Shown: positions 7,622 through 18,038, counted from the first letter of the stretch. The stretch is DNA of 47,943 nt from an archaeon (GCA_011049195.1 DSCG01000004.1:1-47943); one strand, 5' to 3'. The notes: generated from the letters alone by a model not told the origin. Numbers and translations are program-made.

Positions 7622-8999
7622 TCAGTTTCTGGCCCTTTTTGACAGCCCCCCCGGGCAGGACATGCAGATAAATCCCGGCACCTTTTATGGCGGGGGCACC
7701 GGCCATGCGGGTCAGTTGTATGAGAACTTCAGAATCATACTGGACACTGGTCATGTCTTCAGTGGCGGAGAGGTCATGGATTTGTGTGCAGAGCACCAGG
7801 TCCTCCAGAGTGACCTCGGGGTTGCCACCCTGGGCCTTGATGATTGCCTTGAATTTCTGGTAGGCCTGGCCGGAATCCAGCAGTTGCTGGGCCAGTTGTT
7901 GGCTGTCGGGCCTGCCACCCATCTCAAGTAGTTTGGCCGCGAGCAGGAGACTCTTCTCACGAAGGTCAGAGGGGCCCCTGCCCTGAAGAACCTCCAACAC
8001 ATCGCGAGCCTCAAGGACAGGGCCTATGCCATGGCCGATAGGTTGTTTGCCATCCGTAATCAAAACCTCCACTTGCATGCCCAGCCGGGAACCCAGGTTC
8101 TTGAATCGGCCGGCAAGTTCACGGGCAGATGCCATGTCCTTCACTTTTTTACCCATTGGGATGTCTATCATGAGTTTTTCCGTCCCGACTGCAAACTTCT
8201 TGGCAAGAATGGAAGCCAGAAGGAAAGACGGCGGGTCCAGACGGAGAGGGTAACGGAGTTTGAGGAGAATGTCATCCACAGGGGCCAGCCAGAGTGAACC
8301 ACCCCATGCCAGGGATGCCCCCGCCTCATTCACAATTTTCACCAGGTCCTCGTTGCTGAACTTGATGTTGGAAAAGACCTCCATCACATCGGCGGTTCCG
8401 GCGGGACTGGTTATGGCCCGGCTGGAAGTCTTGGGAACGGTGAAACCCGCCGCAGCCACTATGGAAACCACTATAGGTGTGGTGCGGTTGCCGGGAACGC
8501 CCCCTATGCAGTGCTTGTCCAGTACAGGTTTTTTGGGGAATGACAGGGTTTCACCGGCCTCCACGATGGCCCGGGTGAGGGCCTCCTCTTCCCCAAAACT
8601 GAGGCGCTGGACGTAGGCACTGGCCACAAAATATGCCGCCTCAACAGAACTGAGTTTGTTGTGCATGATGTCAAAAACAATCTCCCGTATTTTTTCAGGA
8701 GTGATGGGCTGACCCATCAGACGCTCCCGGATGTAGCCCACTGAAGCCGGTTTGGGCATGGAACGGACATGGACTTCGTCAGGAATGTTCCGGTTTTCCC
8801 ACACCTCCTTCACCAGACCAACGGTACCGGGGGGAACGGTGCGCTCACAAAGCTCCACTACGGCGATAAGACTGCCGGAATTCCAGAAAATTTCAACCCG
8901 GTCGGCAACATTCACATTCATGCCGTAGGCATTCTGCTTGCTCATAATCACAGACTGGGTCCCGCCACTTTCCAAATTAAGTTTTTTCACCTTGAACAT
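7518..8999 (-). CDS. deoA: AMP phosphorylase (thymidine phosphorylase family)
   Basis: N-terminal MFKVKKLNL...IMSKQNA domain plus a pyrimidine-nucleoside phosphorylase core (DKHCIGGVPGNRTT, TSSRAITSPAGTAD). Started at MFKV (8999), one base after the pelota stop. Confidence 0.85.
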   Translation of the reverse strand: MFKVKKLNLESGGTQSVIMSKQNAYGMNVNVADRVEIFWNSGSLIAVVELCERTVPPGTVGLVKEVWENRNIPDEVHVRSMPKPASVGYIRERLMGQPITPEKIREIVFDIMHNKLSSVEAAYFVASAYVQRLSFGEEEALTRAIVEAGETLSFPKKPVLDKHCIGGVPGNRTTPIVVSIVAAAGFTVPKTSSRAITSPAGTADVMEVFSNIKFSNEDLVKIVNEAGASLAWGGSLWLAPVDDILLKLRYPLRLDPPSFLLASILAKKFAVGTEKLMIDIPMGKKVKDMASARELAGRFKNLGSRLGMQVEVLITDGKQPIGHGIGPVLEARDVLEVLQGRGPSDLREKSLLLAAKLLEMGGRPDSQQLAQQLLDSGQAYQKFKAIIKAQGGNPEVTLEDLVLCTQIHDLSATEDMTSVQYDSEVLIQLTRMAGAPAIKGAGIYLHVLPGGAVKKGQKLITVYAGDDTRLKTVQDYLERHSPVLACQRVLESV

Positions 9000-9000
9000 A

Positions 9001-10014
9001 TTACCATCTCTTGAAACCTGCAATTCCGCCCATCCCTTCCAGGCGTTTCTCGGCATCCTGATTGACGCCGATAATGTGAACTTCCCCTGCAACATATTTT
9101 ACCTTTTGCATCCATTCACGCAGTTGGGCATACCTGCCCTCGGACGCCCGGGTGGCTATGAAAGATGCAGCCACCAGCAGAGACTCCACGTTACCCTCCT
9201 GCAGACATGCCTCAGTTTCAACAGGGCCGTAGAAAGCTCCGCGACCACGGGACACCCGGGCATAAAGGTCATTCACCAGTTTTTCCTCTTCAACCTCTCT
9301 CATATGACCCGCTACCTGCTCCACGGTTTTTTTGCCGAAGACTTCGCGCAGACCTGATTCACTAACAGACGACACAGATTCCACCACCACCTTAAGGCCG
9401 TCCTGCTTCAGGAAGGTTGCCAGCCGGTCCTTGACGAAGCCGGGGCCGGCCACCACCACAAACTCCGGCTCAAAGGCCATCACCGCCTGACGGAGCTGGC
9501 CGAAGAACTGGCGGAAAGCCTGTTCCTCGTTGGCCCCTTCATCCCTTTTGCCCGGCAGTTTGGCAGAAAAAGGTATTTTTTGCTGGCGGAAAGCCACCAG
9601 GGCCCCCTCCCGATCCACCAGAATGACTGCAACCTGAGGTTTTCGGGTCTGGTGCTCTTTGATGAGCTCCAGGTCCTCAGGGCCGATAAGCTTCCACAAA
9701 TCCAGACGGGAACTCCTTCGGAGGTTGAAAGTGTGGCCACCTTTGATGTCCTCGGGACCTTCAATGATGTCACCGGACAGCCTTAAATCGGCAGTAAAGC
9801 CGTGAAATTCAACCTTCTTGACCCTGATTTTGAGGTACATGGGCTTTTTGTCGGCCTCAACGGCCTCCCCTGTGCTTATCTTGACCTTGCGGAGGGTTTT
9901 CATGCCCGCCACGTCCCCGGGCTTGATTATGATGCTCAGGGCCCACAGGTCATCAGGATTTTCAACCTGTAGCACCAGGTGGCCGTCCTTGGCATTGATT
10001 TTAAGGGCTTTCAC
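9001..10014 (-). CDS. pelA: Pelota (mRNA surveillance / ribosome rescue factor)
   Basis: 337 aa with a GTG start. The N-terminus MKALKINAKDGHLVLQVENPDDLWAL and an eRF1-like central and C-terminal region are typical of archaeal Pelota. Confidence 0.85.
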   Translation of the reverse strand: MKALKINAKDGHLVLQVENPDDLWALSIIIKPGDVAGMKTLRKVKISTGEAVEADKKPMYLKIRVKKVEFHGFTADLRLSGDIIEGPEDIKGGHTFNLRRSSRLDLWKLIGPEDLELIKEHQTRKPQVAVILVDREGALVAFRQQKIPFSAKLPGKRDEGANEEQAFRQFFGQLRQAVMAFEPEFVVVAGPGFVKDRLATFLKQDGLKVVVESVSSVSESGLREVFGKKTVEQVAGHMREVEEEKLVNDLYARVSRGRGAFYGPVETEACLQEGNVESLLVAASFIATRASEGRYAQLREWMQKVKYVAGEVHIIGVNQDAEKRLEGMGGIAGFKRW

Positions 10015-10034
10015 GCCAGTAAGAGGCTCGCTAC

Positions 10035-10043
10035 TTTTAAATA
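10035..10043 (+). promoter_or_regulatory. TATA-like box for ORF 10065 (leaderless spacing)
   Basis: TTTTAAATA is centred about 26 nt upstream of the GTG at 10065. Confidence 0.4.
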
Positions 10044-10064
10044 CTACACTGGCCCAACCCTGAT

Positions 10065-11204
10065 GTGAAAGGCATAGGCGTTCCCGAAATTGTCATTTCC
10101 GTAGGGTTGTTGCTGGTGTTGCTGGCAGGTTTTCTGCCCGGAGGCACCCGTTCACAGAGTAAGGAAGTGTTACTGCTCTCCCAGGAAGTGGGCCGTATTG
10201 GAGCCGGCAATTACGACTACAAACACATCCCCTTGGTTTCCAGTATGATGCTGGCCCGTGGGGTGGATGGAACCCCTCTAATCACTCAGAAGGAAAGCAG
10301 GGAGGTGGCCAAAGGTATAATCACCACTCAGGAACACACTGTCAGATTTTCAATCCCGGCTTCCACCATGGGGGACCTTGATACCGCCACTTTACTTCTG
10401 GAGATTGACGAAACCAACAACTATGGCCCCCTTATACTGACACTGAACGGCAACGAAATCTGGAAAGACTTTCCGGGGGAGGGCCGGCTGGAGGTTGAAC
10501 TGCCCATCGCCTATTTGCAAAGTGAAAACTCCCTCAAACTTTCGGCGGGTTCCTCGGGCTGGAGAATTTGGGCACCCACCATTTACAAGATTGAAGAACT
10601 CAAAGTCATGGAAACCCTGTCGCGTGATGAGGAACAGACTTTCACATTCACTTTGAGCAAAGATGAACTGAAGAACTACTACATGGGCAGGGTTTATGTG
10701 GGGTATATGAATCCCCAGATTTCCGGAGAACTCGCCATCACCCTCAACAATGAGAATGTGATTTTCCGGGGTGAACCGGGGACGGGTGCCTTCAACACCG
10801 CCTTCTCTTCAGGTATCAGGGAAACCAACACCATCAGCTTCAAGTTGCTGAAGGACGGTTATTATGAGATGAGAAATGTGGAAGTGGTTATTTTCACCAG
10901 AACCAATGCCAGCTCTATCTTCGTCACTAACTTTGAAGTTGAACCCGTCAATCTGGCCCAACTCCGCGACGGTAGCTGGACGGGGGTGATTGAAATCAGG
11001 GTCAATGTGGCCGCTGACGATATTCTGAGAGTCACCCTGTCCTCTGAAACCGACCGCCAGCTTTATGAGGCCAAGGCCCCGGAAGGTTTGCTGGAACTGG
11101 CCTTCACCGGAGACGAGGTGTCATCCACCAACCGGCTTATGATTGAAAGCCCCAATGTGTATGAAATCACTGATGTAAAAATCAAACTGGTCAAGAATTC
11201 ATGA
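10065..11204 (+). CDS. Secreted or pilin-like hypothetical protein
   Basis: 379 aa. The N-terminus MKGIGVPEIVISVGLLLVLLAGF resembles a class III signal with Glu at +5 after the Gly. The rest has no recognisable motifs. Confidence 0.55.
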   Translation: MKGIGVPEIVISVGLLLVLLAGFLPGGTRSQSKEVLLLSQEVGRIGAGNYDYKHIPLVSSMMLARGVDGTPLITQKESREVAKGIITTQEHTVRFSIPASTMGDLDTATLLLEIDETNNYGPLILTLNGNEIWKDFPGEGRLEVELPIAYLQSENSLKLSAGSSGWRIWAPTIYKIEELKVMETLSRDEEQTFTFTLSKDELKNYYMGRVYVGYMNPQISGELAITLNNENVIFRGEPGTGAFNTAFSSGIRETNTISFKLLKDGYYEMRNVEVVIFTRTNASSIFVTNFEVEPVNLAQLRDGSWTGVIEIRVNVAADDILRVTLSSETDRQLYEAKAPEGLLELAFTGDEVSSTNRLMIESPNVYEITDVKIKLVKNS

Positions 11205-11774
11205 ACCGGGCCCGGCCAGTCGGGCAAACAGTTGCCGGTATGCCAGGGTCCTGTGGGAGATTTTCTGCTTGGTGGCTACATCCTCAGCAAAAGTCTTCAA
11301 ATGACCGGTAGGGACAAAAATAGGGTCAAAACCAAACCCGTCAGTGCCCCTCCCCCGCGGGGCGTCCAGGATGGTGCCCTCACAGCGGGCAGTCACCTGC
11401 TCCAACCGGACCCCGTCATAATAAACGGCACAACATCGGAACTCGGCTCGTCTGTCTGTAACGCCCTGCATGAGTTTCAGGAGGCCTTCGTTACCGATGG
11501 TCTGAAGGATAAATGCGGAGAACTGACCTGGAAAGGTCCTGAGAGCTTTTACAAAAAGTCCGGAGTCATCCACAATTACGGGGCGACCGGTGGCCACTTG
11601 GGCCTTACGGACTTTGTCCTCCGCTATCTCCTCAAGGGTGCCACGGATTTCAGGGAGGTCAAGTTTGACCTGAAGAACATCCAGGCCAACAGCTCTGCCG
11701 AGTTTCTGAACCTCACGGAACTTGCCTTGGTTGGAAGTCACAAACCAGATTTGTTTCGGCGCGTCTTCACTCAT
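11199..11774 (-). CDS. Non-canonical purine NTP pyrophosphatase (HAM1/RdgB family)
   Basis: FVTSNQGKFREV, DDSGLFV and FGFDPIF motifs; 191 aa. Confidence 0.85.
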   Translation of the reverse strand: MSEDAPKQIWFVTSNQGKFREVQKLGRAVGLDVLQVKLDLPEIRGTLEEIAEDKVRKAQVATGRPVIVDDSGLFVKALRTFPGQFSAFILQTIGNEGLLKLMQGVTDRRAEFRCCAVYYDGVRLEQVTARCEGTILDAPRGRGTDGFGFDPIFVPTGHLKTFAEDVATKQKISHRTLAYRQLFARLAGPGS

Positions 11775-11801
11775 TCACTTTTCCCCCGGAAGTTCCTTTG
11801 T

Positions 11802-13334
11802 TTATAGGAAGGCATCATTCACTGCTTCCAGTTTTTTTGACTCACGGGCCATACTATTTTCATATGCCACAGCATCCGTTTCCATGTCAGTGGCTTTTTT
11901 CTCCCAACTGGTTCTCAGACGCACCCTCATGAAGATGGGACATCTGACGGCCTCACCAGTGATGAGGGCTTCCCCCACCTGAAGGGTGGTCAGTGAGTTG
12001 AGGGTTCGGACGGTGATGCCCTCGCTACCCTTGCCGATGTGGTCCTTGTCATATGGGTTGGTAATTCTCATGATGATATGAGTGTTGCACTGGCTGAGCA
12101 CAGTGGTATCCAGTTTGATGGGCCTTTGGGAGATAACCACCAGGGAGCACAGAAACTTGCGACCCTCACGGGCAATGGTGCGGAAGATACTCTTCGCGGG
12201 GGCCAGCTCCCGGCTCACCCCCTCCGGGATGAAGTTGTGGGCCTCCTCCACAAACATAATCACCGGGGGGATTTCGGCCTGACGACGGAGCCTGAAAATC
12301 TGCTTGGCGGCCCAGAGAGCAATAATCTGCTTACGCTTGGTGTCTATGTGGCCGGAGAGGTCAAAGATGAGAGCCTGGCCCGGCACCAAAAGGTCGCGAA
12401 GACGGTAGGTCTCGGCCTTTTCCCCCTCTCTTTTGGCAGTCAGTTGCTCTTCAGACCCGAAAAGCCCCGTCATGTGGAGGTTCATCAGCCCACGGGAAAG
12501 GGCGGCCTTGGTCTGGGGTTTTATTTTGCTTCCCTGCACCACCTCAGCCAGCTCCTTGAAAGTGTAGCGACTGCCCTCCATACTCCTGACAACCTCATTG
12601 AGTTCCATTTGCTGAACGGGAGTCATGCCCGGCAGGAAGAGAGCTATCTCTCCCGCGGACAAGGATGCGGCGGGGATGCGTATCTGTCGGACGGCCACTG
12701 CCCGGTTAGAGAAATCCTGACAATCTGCAGGGGGTTTCTCAGCAAAGGCGGCATACTCCCCATGAACATCAAAAACAACGGTGGCCACTCTGCCATCCTT
12801 CTGTTGGCGGGAGAGCAGTTCCTCAAGCAGGACGGCGGTGAGGTAGGACTTGCCCGCCCCCGACATGGCAAGGATGGCCACATGCTTCTGGAACATTCTG
12901 GTAAGTGAAAGGCGAACGGGCACCTCATGGTGTATTACCTGGCCCAGGTTTATGCCGTTGGGCTTGAACCCCAGAAAGCGGGCCAGCAGGCCGGGCTCCA
13001 TTTCCTCCACCCCCTCACCGGGGCTGGGGGGCAGGGTTGGGCGTCTCACCAGGTTGTCTGCCAGAACTCCGATAGGCGTTGCCTGACCAATAAGAAATTC
13101 CCAATCCTCCACAGGGAAGAGGCCCTCCAGGTTCTCCGCATCAACCACAGTCTCGGCTCGGGCATAGTAGCGGTTGGTCTTGATGATGTTATCCACCATG
13201 GCCAGCATGGTGCCCTCTTCAGTTTTCACTTTGATGAACTGGTCCTTATGAACTTTGCCACCTTTGGCAATGGCGAAGGCAAAGAAAGTGGGACTGGGAC
13301 TGTCCTGAGTTGAGATTACTTTTCCGACTGGCAT
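11802..13334 (-). CDS. herA: HerA-type hexameric DNA helicase/ATPase
   Basis: N-terminal HAS-barrel-like region, Walker A ILAMSGAGKSY, Walker B IMFVEEAHNFIP. Adjacent to nurA. Confidence 0.85.
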   Translation of the reverse strand: MPVGKVISTQDSPSPTFFAFAIAKGGKVHKDQFIKVKTEEGTMLAMVDNIIKTNRYYARAETVVDAENLEGLFPVEDWEFLIGQATPIGVLADNLVRRPTLPPSPGEGVEEMEPGLLARFLGFKPNGINLGQVIHHEVPVRLSLTRMFQKHVAILAMSGAGKSYLTAVLLEELLSRQQKDGRVATVVFDVHGEYAAFAEKPPADCQDFSNRAVAVRQIRIPAASLSAGEIALFLPGMTPVQQMELNEVVRSMEGSRYTFKELAEVVQGSKIKPQTKAALSRGLMNLHMTGLFGSEEQLTAKREGEKAETYRLRDLLVPGQALIFDLSGHIDTKRKQIIALWAAKQIFRLRRQAEIPPVIMFVEEAHNFIPEGVSRELAPAKSIFRTIAREGRKFLCSLVVISQRPIKLDTTVLSQCNTHIIMRITNPYDKDHIGKGSEGITVRTLNSLTTLQVGEALITGEAVRCPIFMRVRLRTSWEKKATDMETDAVAYENSMARESKKLEAVNDAFL

Positions 13335-13355
13335 GTTCAGGTCATCTCCCGGACT

Positions 13356-14396
13356 TTATATTGGCCTGCCCTCCCGGCGCAGTCTCATGAGCAGGGGGGT
13401 GGTTCGGCCCATCATACGTTCAATATAATCCATGTAGGGCTCGCTCAGCTTGGCCCTGGCATCCGCCTCTATAATCACAGAAGGAATGCCATAAGTTGAA
13501 AAGGTTGAGAGGCCGAGGATGGCGGATGCTGTGGTCTCGCCGTCCTCCTGTGGATGGTCGGTCACCAGCTCCACCCGGATGGGGCGGTCGTGAGGGGCCG
13601 TCTTAATGTAAAAGGCATAGATGTCCTTGCCATAAGCCACATCAGGCACTTCCTTGAGTTTGAAGATGAAGGTTCTTTGGCGGTGGGCCAGAGTATCATA
13701 AAGCAGTACTGTATCGCGGAAGGTCTGGACTTCGGGGAAGCTGGCCCGGACTTCAGGGGGGAGGTTGGGGATTATGACCTCACACAACAGGTTGGAGAAG
13801 TAACGGCTCCGGCTGTCCTCCACCACACCCACCAGCCGGCAACCTGTGGCCCGGCTCCGCCTCACCAGGAGGTCATACTTGCGGATGATGGTCCGGTAAG
13901 TTTTGGCATGAGAGGCCTTGGCCACCCGGGTGCTGGGGTGTGGGTAAAGGGGGCCGTCCATCAGAAGGTAGTCCGGTTGGTGCTCCAGAGTTTGGAGGGC
14001 TATATCCAGTTCGGCCTCCATGCGGGAAAGGCCGGCCAGCAACACCAACTCGCCGGGGCCCCCGCTCTCAACATCTATTACCTTAAGGTCAGCATGGAGG
14101 TTGCTGGAGCCGGCAAGCGTGCCTTCTTTGTAATCAAATATGACTCCCACCGCCCGGGTGACTATGAGGTCAATCCCGTGGAAGCTACGGGAGAGCAGGC
14201 CCCCATCCACCCCTGCGAACCTGCCGGTCACGGGCACCCGGGCCACCTCATTAATCAGACGGTCTTGAGTCTTGCCTCCTATGCGGAAGTTCTGGTTGCC
14301 GATGCGACGCACAGCCGAGGAAAGCCGTTGTCTTTTGGACTCCCGTGCGGCCAGCCTCTTGGAGACCTTGTTGACTGCCTCTTTAAGGTCGGTCAT
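13356..14396 (-). CDS. nurA: NurA 5'-3' nuclease
   Basis: FAGVDGGLL, LLMDGPLYPHP and VGVVEDSRSR motifs. Its position directly upstream of herA is typical. Confidence 0.75.
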   Translation of the reverse strand: MTDLKEAVNKVSKRLAARESKRQRLSSAVRRIGNQNFRIGGKTQDRLINEVARVPVTGRFAGVDGGLLSRSFHGIDLIVTRAVGVIFDYKEGTLAGSSNLHADLKVIDVESGGPGELVLLAGLSRMEAELDIALQTLEHQPDYLLMDGPLYPHPSTRVAKASHAKTYRTIIRKYDLLVRRSRATGCRLVGVVEDSRSRYFSNLLCEVIIPNLPPEVRASFPEVQTFRDTVLLYDTLAHRQRTFIFKLKEVPDVAYGKDIYAFYIKTAPHDRPIRVELVTDHPQEDGETTASAILGLSTFSTYGIPSVIIEADARAKLSEPYMDYIERMMGRTTPLLMRLRREGRPI

Positions 14397-17062
14397 ATCA
14401 CTTCTTCTCCGTCAGGGGCTTTGACCTTGGGTTTGGGCTTGACCAGAACATATTTGTAAAGCACAAAGCCCAGGGCACCCACCAGCACCACCAGTAGAAG
14501 TATGAGCAGGGGGGACTTGCCCTGACCTTCTCCAGCGTTGGTGCTGGAAAGCAGGTTGTTGATTCTCCGCAAAGTGAGGGTGGCACCCGTGTATTCACCG
14601 TTGTTGATTTCCCGGCGGGCCTGACTGAAATAGGTCTCAAGCTGTATCTGAGTGGAGCGGTCAAATTTGTTTATGACCTCATCATACCAGCTCTGATATT
14701 GAGCCATGGTCTGTACCAGCTGAAGGGCCTCCCGGCTCACGGAGAAGTATAGGTTTTCCCGGGTAACGAACTCCGGAAAACTGCGGGGCACCAAAATGAG
14801 TTCGCAACTGTAAGACCCTTCCCTTACATCAGAACCGGGAGCTGCCAGCACGGTGAACGGGCCTTCACTGTTGTTGGTGGCGATGGATGCAGGAAGGCTC
14901 ACCCAGCTGGGGCAGTCAGAGGTCAGGTCAAAAATATCATCCAGTCCTCCGGTTGTAATAGTGAAAGTCTCGGCAGCCTCCTGACCGGGTATGACTGCCA
15001 GGTCAGTCACCCTCAGGTCGGGGTCAAACGGGCCGGCATAAACCGTAAGCGGGAAGTTAATGGTGTAACTCCGGGTGACGACTTCAACATAAACTTTTTC
15101 CCCGTTGGCCGTATAAGTTCTGGAGGGTCTGAAACGGAAATCCAATTTTCTGGAAGCCCCCGACTCCAAAAAGAAGAAAGAGGGCACGGACAGATAATCA
15201 ACACTGGCCTCCATTTCAACTTCAAAGTCCTCCCCTGCAGAGTTCTTGATAGTGTATTGGAGGGTGGTGGAACCTCCGGAAACCACCTTGACCTCCTGGG
15301 GTCCGATGAGCTCAACAACTGTGGGGCCGATTACCTCAACCTCCCTGCTCTTGAGCCAGTCCTGCATGGTGTCCTCTGAAAACAGGAAGACATTGAAGAC
15401 CACATCCTCAACGGCGGTGCAGGTTTTCGCCATGCGTTCACCAACATCACGTATTTCCGTTCCGAAATCAATAGTGAATAGATAGAGATTTTCCTTTAGG
15501 GAACGTTTCCTTGAAAGGCTGGCATTCACCTCATACGCATCACGTACGTTATCAAGGAGGGTGACCAGTCTTTCAGTCCGGGAGAACAGATTGGTTGCAC
15601 CCGGGTCCGTCATTTTGAGTTTCTCCGCATTCACTCTTGAAAGAATGGCAGACAGATGGTCACTCTCAAGCTGACTTAGGTCAGACATCATATCGTAGGC
15701 AACACGTGAGTAAAGTAGCACACGGCGGGCGGCATTGAGAGCCTCTGAACTCCCTGCAGAAAGTGCACATGCTCCGCTTAAGTCAAACTGTGAAACAAAA
15801 CGGTTAATTTTGCCAATTTCCACCAGCCCTGACCCTTCCCCCCCATACATGAGCAGGGCAGGGTTAGTATAGACCGTCCAATAAATCAGGGGTTCTATAG
15901 TCCCGGCTCCGGCCAGAGTCAGGTTGAGAAGGTTGGTGCTGTAAGCAGAAATATCCAGCAGAGTGGGCAATGAAATCTCCAGGTAGGTTTCAGTTTCGGG
16001 CCGGAGCTGAAGTTCATACGACCGGGTGAAGGTGCTACCTGTTATGTTGAAGTTTATCACTGCCGGACCTATATGCAGTTCAGGCACTGTGAAAGACAGC
16101 TGGAAATCCCGGCTCTCACCTGCATCAAGGGTTGCCACACTGCCCACTGAATAAACCCAGTTTTCCGGGGCCTTCAGGTTAAAGGTGTAGGAATCCGGCA
16201 GGGTGCCCACGTTGGTCAGGGTCAGAGTGGTGGTGTAGGTCCTGCCGGGCATAATACCCGGTAAGAGAGAATAGTCCAGGTCAAAATCCTTGAAGTAAAA
16301 GATGGAGGAAAAAGGGGTCATCTCCCCACGGATGGGCACTCCCAGACTTTCGGTGAATACGTAAACGGCATAGGTGCCTTTAGCCACATCAGGGCTGGCA
16401 TACTCCTGCCGGCTGGTTATTGGATGAACCTCCCCCTCCACCAACTCATAAACCTGCACCTCGGCAACCTCATTCAGAACGGTGTCATAGACCACCAGGT
16501 AAAACTTCAGGTGGTCGGCCTCCATATAGTTAGCCAAATCAAAATTGAATTTCTGGATGACCGGCATAAAAGTCACATTAACCGAAAAAAGATTATCTCC
16601 GGAAAGTTTAGGGCGGGTGGTGTCTTCAATACCATCCGGGGCCTCCCATGCCCTCTCCGAACAAAGCAAGGTGCCTGCCGAGGAGTTAGCCACCAGACGC
16701 AGGTCAAAGCTGACTCCCGCGGAAATATCCGTGCCCGGGACCAGAAAGGACCGGTTCTGGAGATATGAAAAGGTTGAATATGCACTGGGATAATCAAAGG
16801 CGGGGATAAGGGGGACCGGATTGGATGCCACCATCAGCTGTGAATACTCCGAAACGAAGAGGGACCCGCTGACCCGGGGATTCACTATCAGCTCGTAATA
16901 ATTGCCCTGGGTGTAAAATCGGGAGACGTTACCATAAACTATGAAGTTAGTGGGTTCCCGGAAATCATCGCAGAAAACCTGGTATCCTATATCTTCCCAG
17001 TCCACGGCCAGCACAGGGCTTAAAAAAAGGGCCATCACAAGCAGACTCGCTATGGTTCTCAT
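14393..17062 (-). CDS. Large surface protein: signal peptide, Ig-like (CARDB/NEW3-like) repeats, C-terminal TM anchor
   Basis: MRTIASLLVMALFLSPVLA signal. Segments such as TYTTTLTLTNVGTLPDSYTFNLKAP...DFQLSFTVPE resemble archaeal COG1470-type adhesion domains. C-terminal LLILLLVVLVGALGFVLY anchor plus a basic tail. ATGA overlaps occur at both ends (17059-17062 with rfcS, 14393-14396 with nurA). Confidence 0.65.
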   Translation of the reverse strand: MRTIASLLVMALFLSPVLAVDWEDIGYQVFCDDFREPTNFIVYGNVSRFYTQGNYYELIVNPRVSGSLFVSEYSQLMVASNPVPLIPAFDYPSAYSTFSYLQNRSFLVPGTDISAGVSFDLRLVANSSAGTLLCSERAWEAPDGIEDTTRPKLSGDNLFSVNVTFMPVIQKFNFDLANYMEADHLKFYLVVYDTVLNEVAEVQVYELVEGEVHPITSRQEYASPDVAKGTYAVYVFTESLGVPIRGEMTPFSSIFYFKDFDLDYSLLPGIMPGRTYTTTLTLTNVGTLPDSYTFNLKAPENWVYSVGSVATLDAGESRDFQLSFTVPELHIGPAVINFNITGSTFTRSYELQLRPETETYLEISLPTLLDISAYSTNLLNLTLAGAGTIEPLIYWTVYTNPALLMYGGEGSGLVEIGKINRFVSQFDLSGACALSAGSSEALNAARRVLLYSRVAYDMMSDLSQLESDHLSAILSRVNAEKLKMTDPGATNLFSRTERLVTLLDNVRDAYEVNASLSRKRSLKENLYLFTIDFGTEIRDVGERMAKTCTAVEDVVFNVFLFSEDTMQDWLKSREVEVIGPTVVELIGPQEVKVVSGGSTTLQYTIKNSAGEDFEVEMEASVDYLSVPSFFFLESGASRKLDFRFRPSRTYTANGEKVYVEVVTRSYTINFPLTVYAGPFDPDLRVTDLAVIPGQEAAETFTITTGGLDDIFDLTSDCPSWVSLPASIATNNSEGPFTVLAAPGSDVREGSYSCELILVPRSFPEFVTRENLYFSVSREALQLVQTMAQYQSWYDEVINKFDRSTQIQLETYFSQARREINNGEYTGATLTLRRINNLLSSTNAGEGQGKSPLLILLLVVLVGALGFVLYKYVLVKPKPKVKAPDGEEVI

Positions 17063-18018
17063 TTCATCACCGCACATATTTTGGCCAGCAGAGCATCCAG
17101 CTGGATGATTTCGTTGGCACCCTCCAACATACGGAACTCAAATTCACCCACGGAGTTGAGGAGCTCTACCTTTTTGAGGTCAGGGAGATTTTCAGCTTCC
17201 ACTATCTGTTTGTGAATTTCCCGGATAATGAGGTCGCCACTAATACCTTTGTTGGCCGTCAGATCTATGAGCACATCCCTCGCCTTGGAGAAATCCCCTG
17301 CGAAAGTGAATTTGAGCAGGTTCTTCACTTCCTCTGGGCGGGCACGAGCCGCAGCTTCAAAGACGGTGGCACGGGTGAGCTTGTCCCCTATTGAGGATGC
17401 TGCCTGAAAGAGGTTGGTGGAATACCGGGCGTCCCCTGACGCAATCTCGGCAATGGCCTCAAGAGCCCCCTCGTCAAACTTCACACCTTCGCCTGTGGCA
17501 ACTTTGACCAGCATCTTCTGCATGTCAGCTTTGGTGAAGGGTCTAAACCGAAAAACCACGGTCCGGCTCTGGATGGGTTCAATGACCTTGCTGGGATAGT
17601 TGCAACTGAGAACAAAACGGCAGATTTTGCTGTAAATTTCCATAGTGCGACGGAGGGCCTGCTGGGCATCCTTGGTCAGGGCATCGGCCTCGTCCAGAAA
17701 AATGATTTTAAAATCACCGCCGAGGGGTTTGGTGCGGGCGAAGTTCTTGATTTTGTGACGGATAACATCTATGCCCCGCTCATCACTAGCGTTGGTCTCC
17801 ATGTAGTTCTCCTGCCAGTGCTCACCGAAGAGCTCACGGGCGATACAGAGGGCCGCCGTGGTTTTGCCCACTCCGGGCGGGCCGGCAAAAAGCATGTGGG
17901 GGATAGAACCACTGTCAACAAAAGCCTGCAGACGGGAGACAATATGCTCCTGATTAATCATGTCCTTGAGTCTGACCGGCCGGTATTTTTCAGTCCAGAT
18001 TTGGCCAAAATCCGCCAT
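17059..18018 (-). CDS. rfcS: Replication factor C small subunit
   Basis: WTEKYRP, GPPGVGKTT, IIFLDEAD and SCNYPSKVIEPIQSR (SRC motif); 319 aa, no intein. Confidence 0.95.
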   Translation of the reverse strand: MADFGQIWTEKYRPVRLKDMINQEHIVSRLQAFVDSGSIPHMLFAGPPGVGKTTAALCIARELFGEHWQENYMETNASDERGIDVIRHKIKNFARTKPLGGDFKIIFLDEADALTKDAQQALRRTMEIYSKICRFVLSCNYPSKVIEPIQSRTVVFRFRPFTKADMQKMLVKVATGEGVKFDEGALEAIAEIASGDARYSTNLFQAASSIGDKLTRATVFEAAARARPEEVKNLLKFTFAGDFSKARDVLIDLTANKGISGDLIIREIHKQIVEAENLPDLKKVELLNSVGEFEFRMLEGANEIIQLDALLAKICAVMK

Positions 18019-18038
18019 GGGAATACCTGGAAGGGCAG

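Noticed and set aside
12039-14459. Plus-strand ORFs of 289 aa (12039..12908) and 301 aa (13554..14459)
   Set aside because: They are antisense shadows of herA and nurA, with no motifs and implausible composition.
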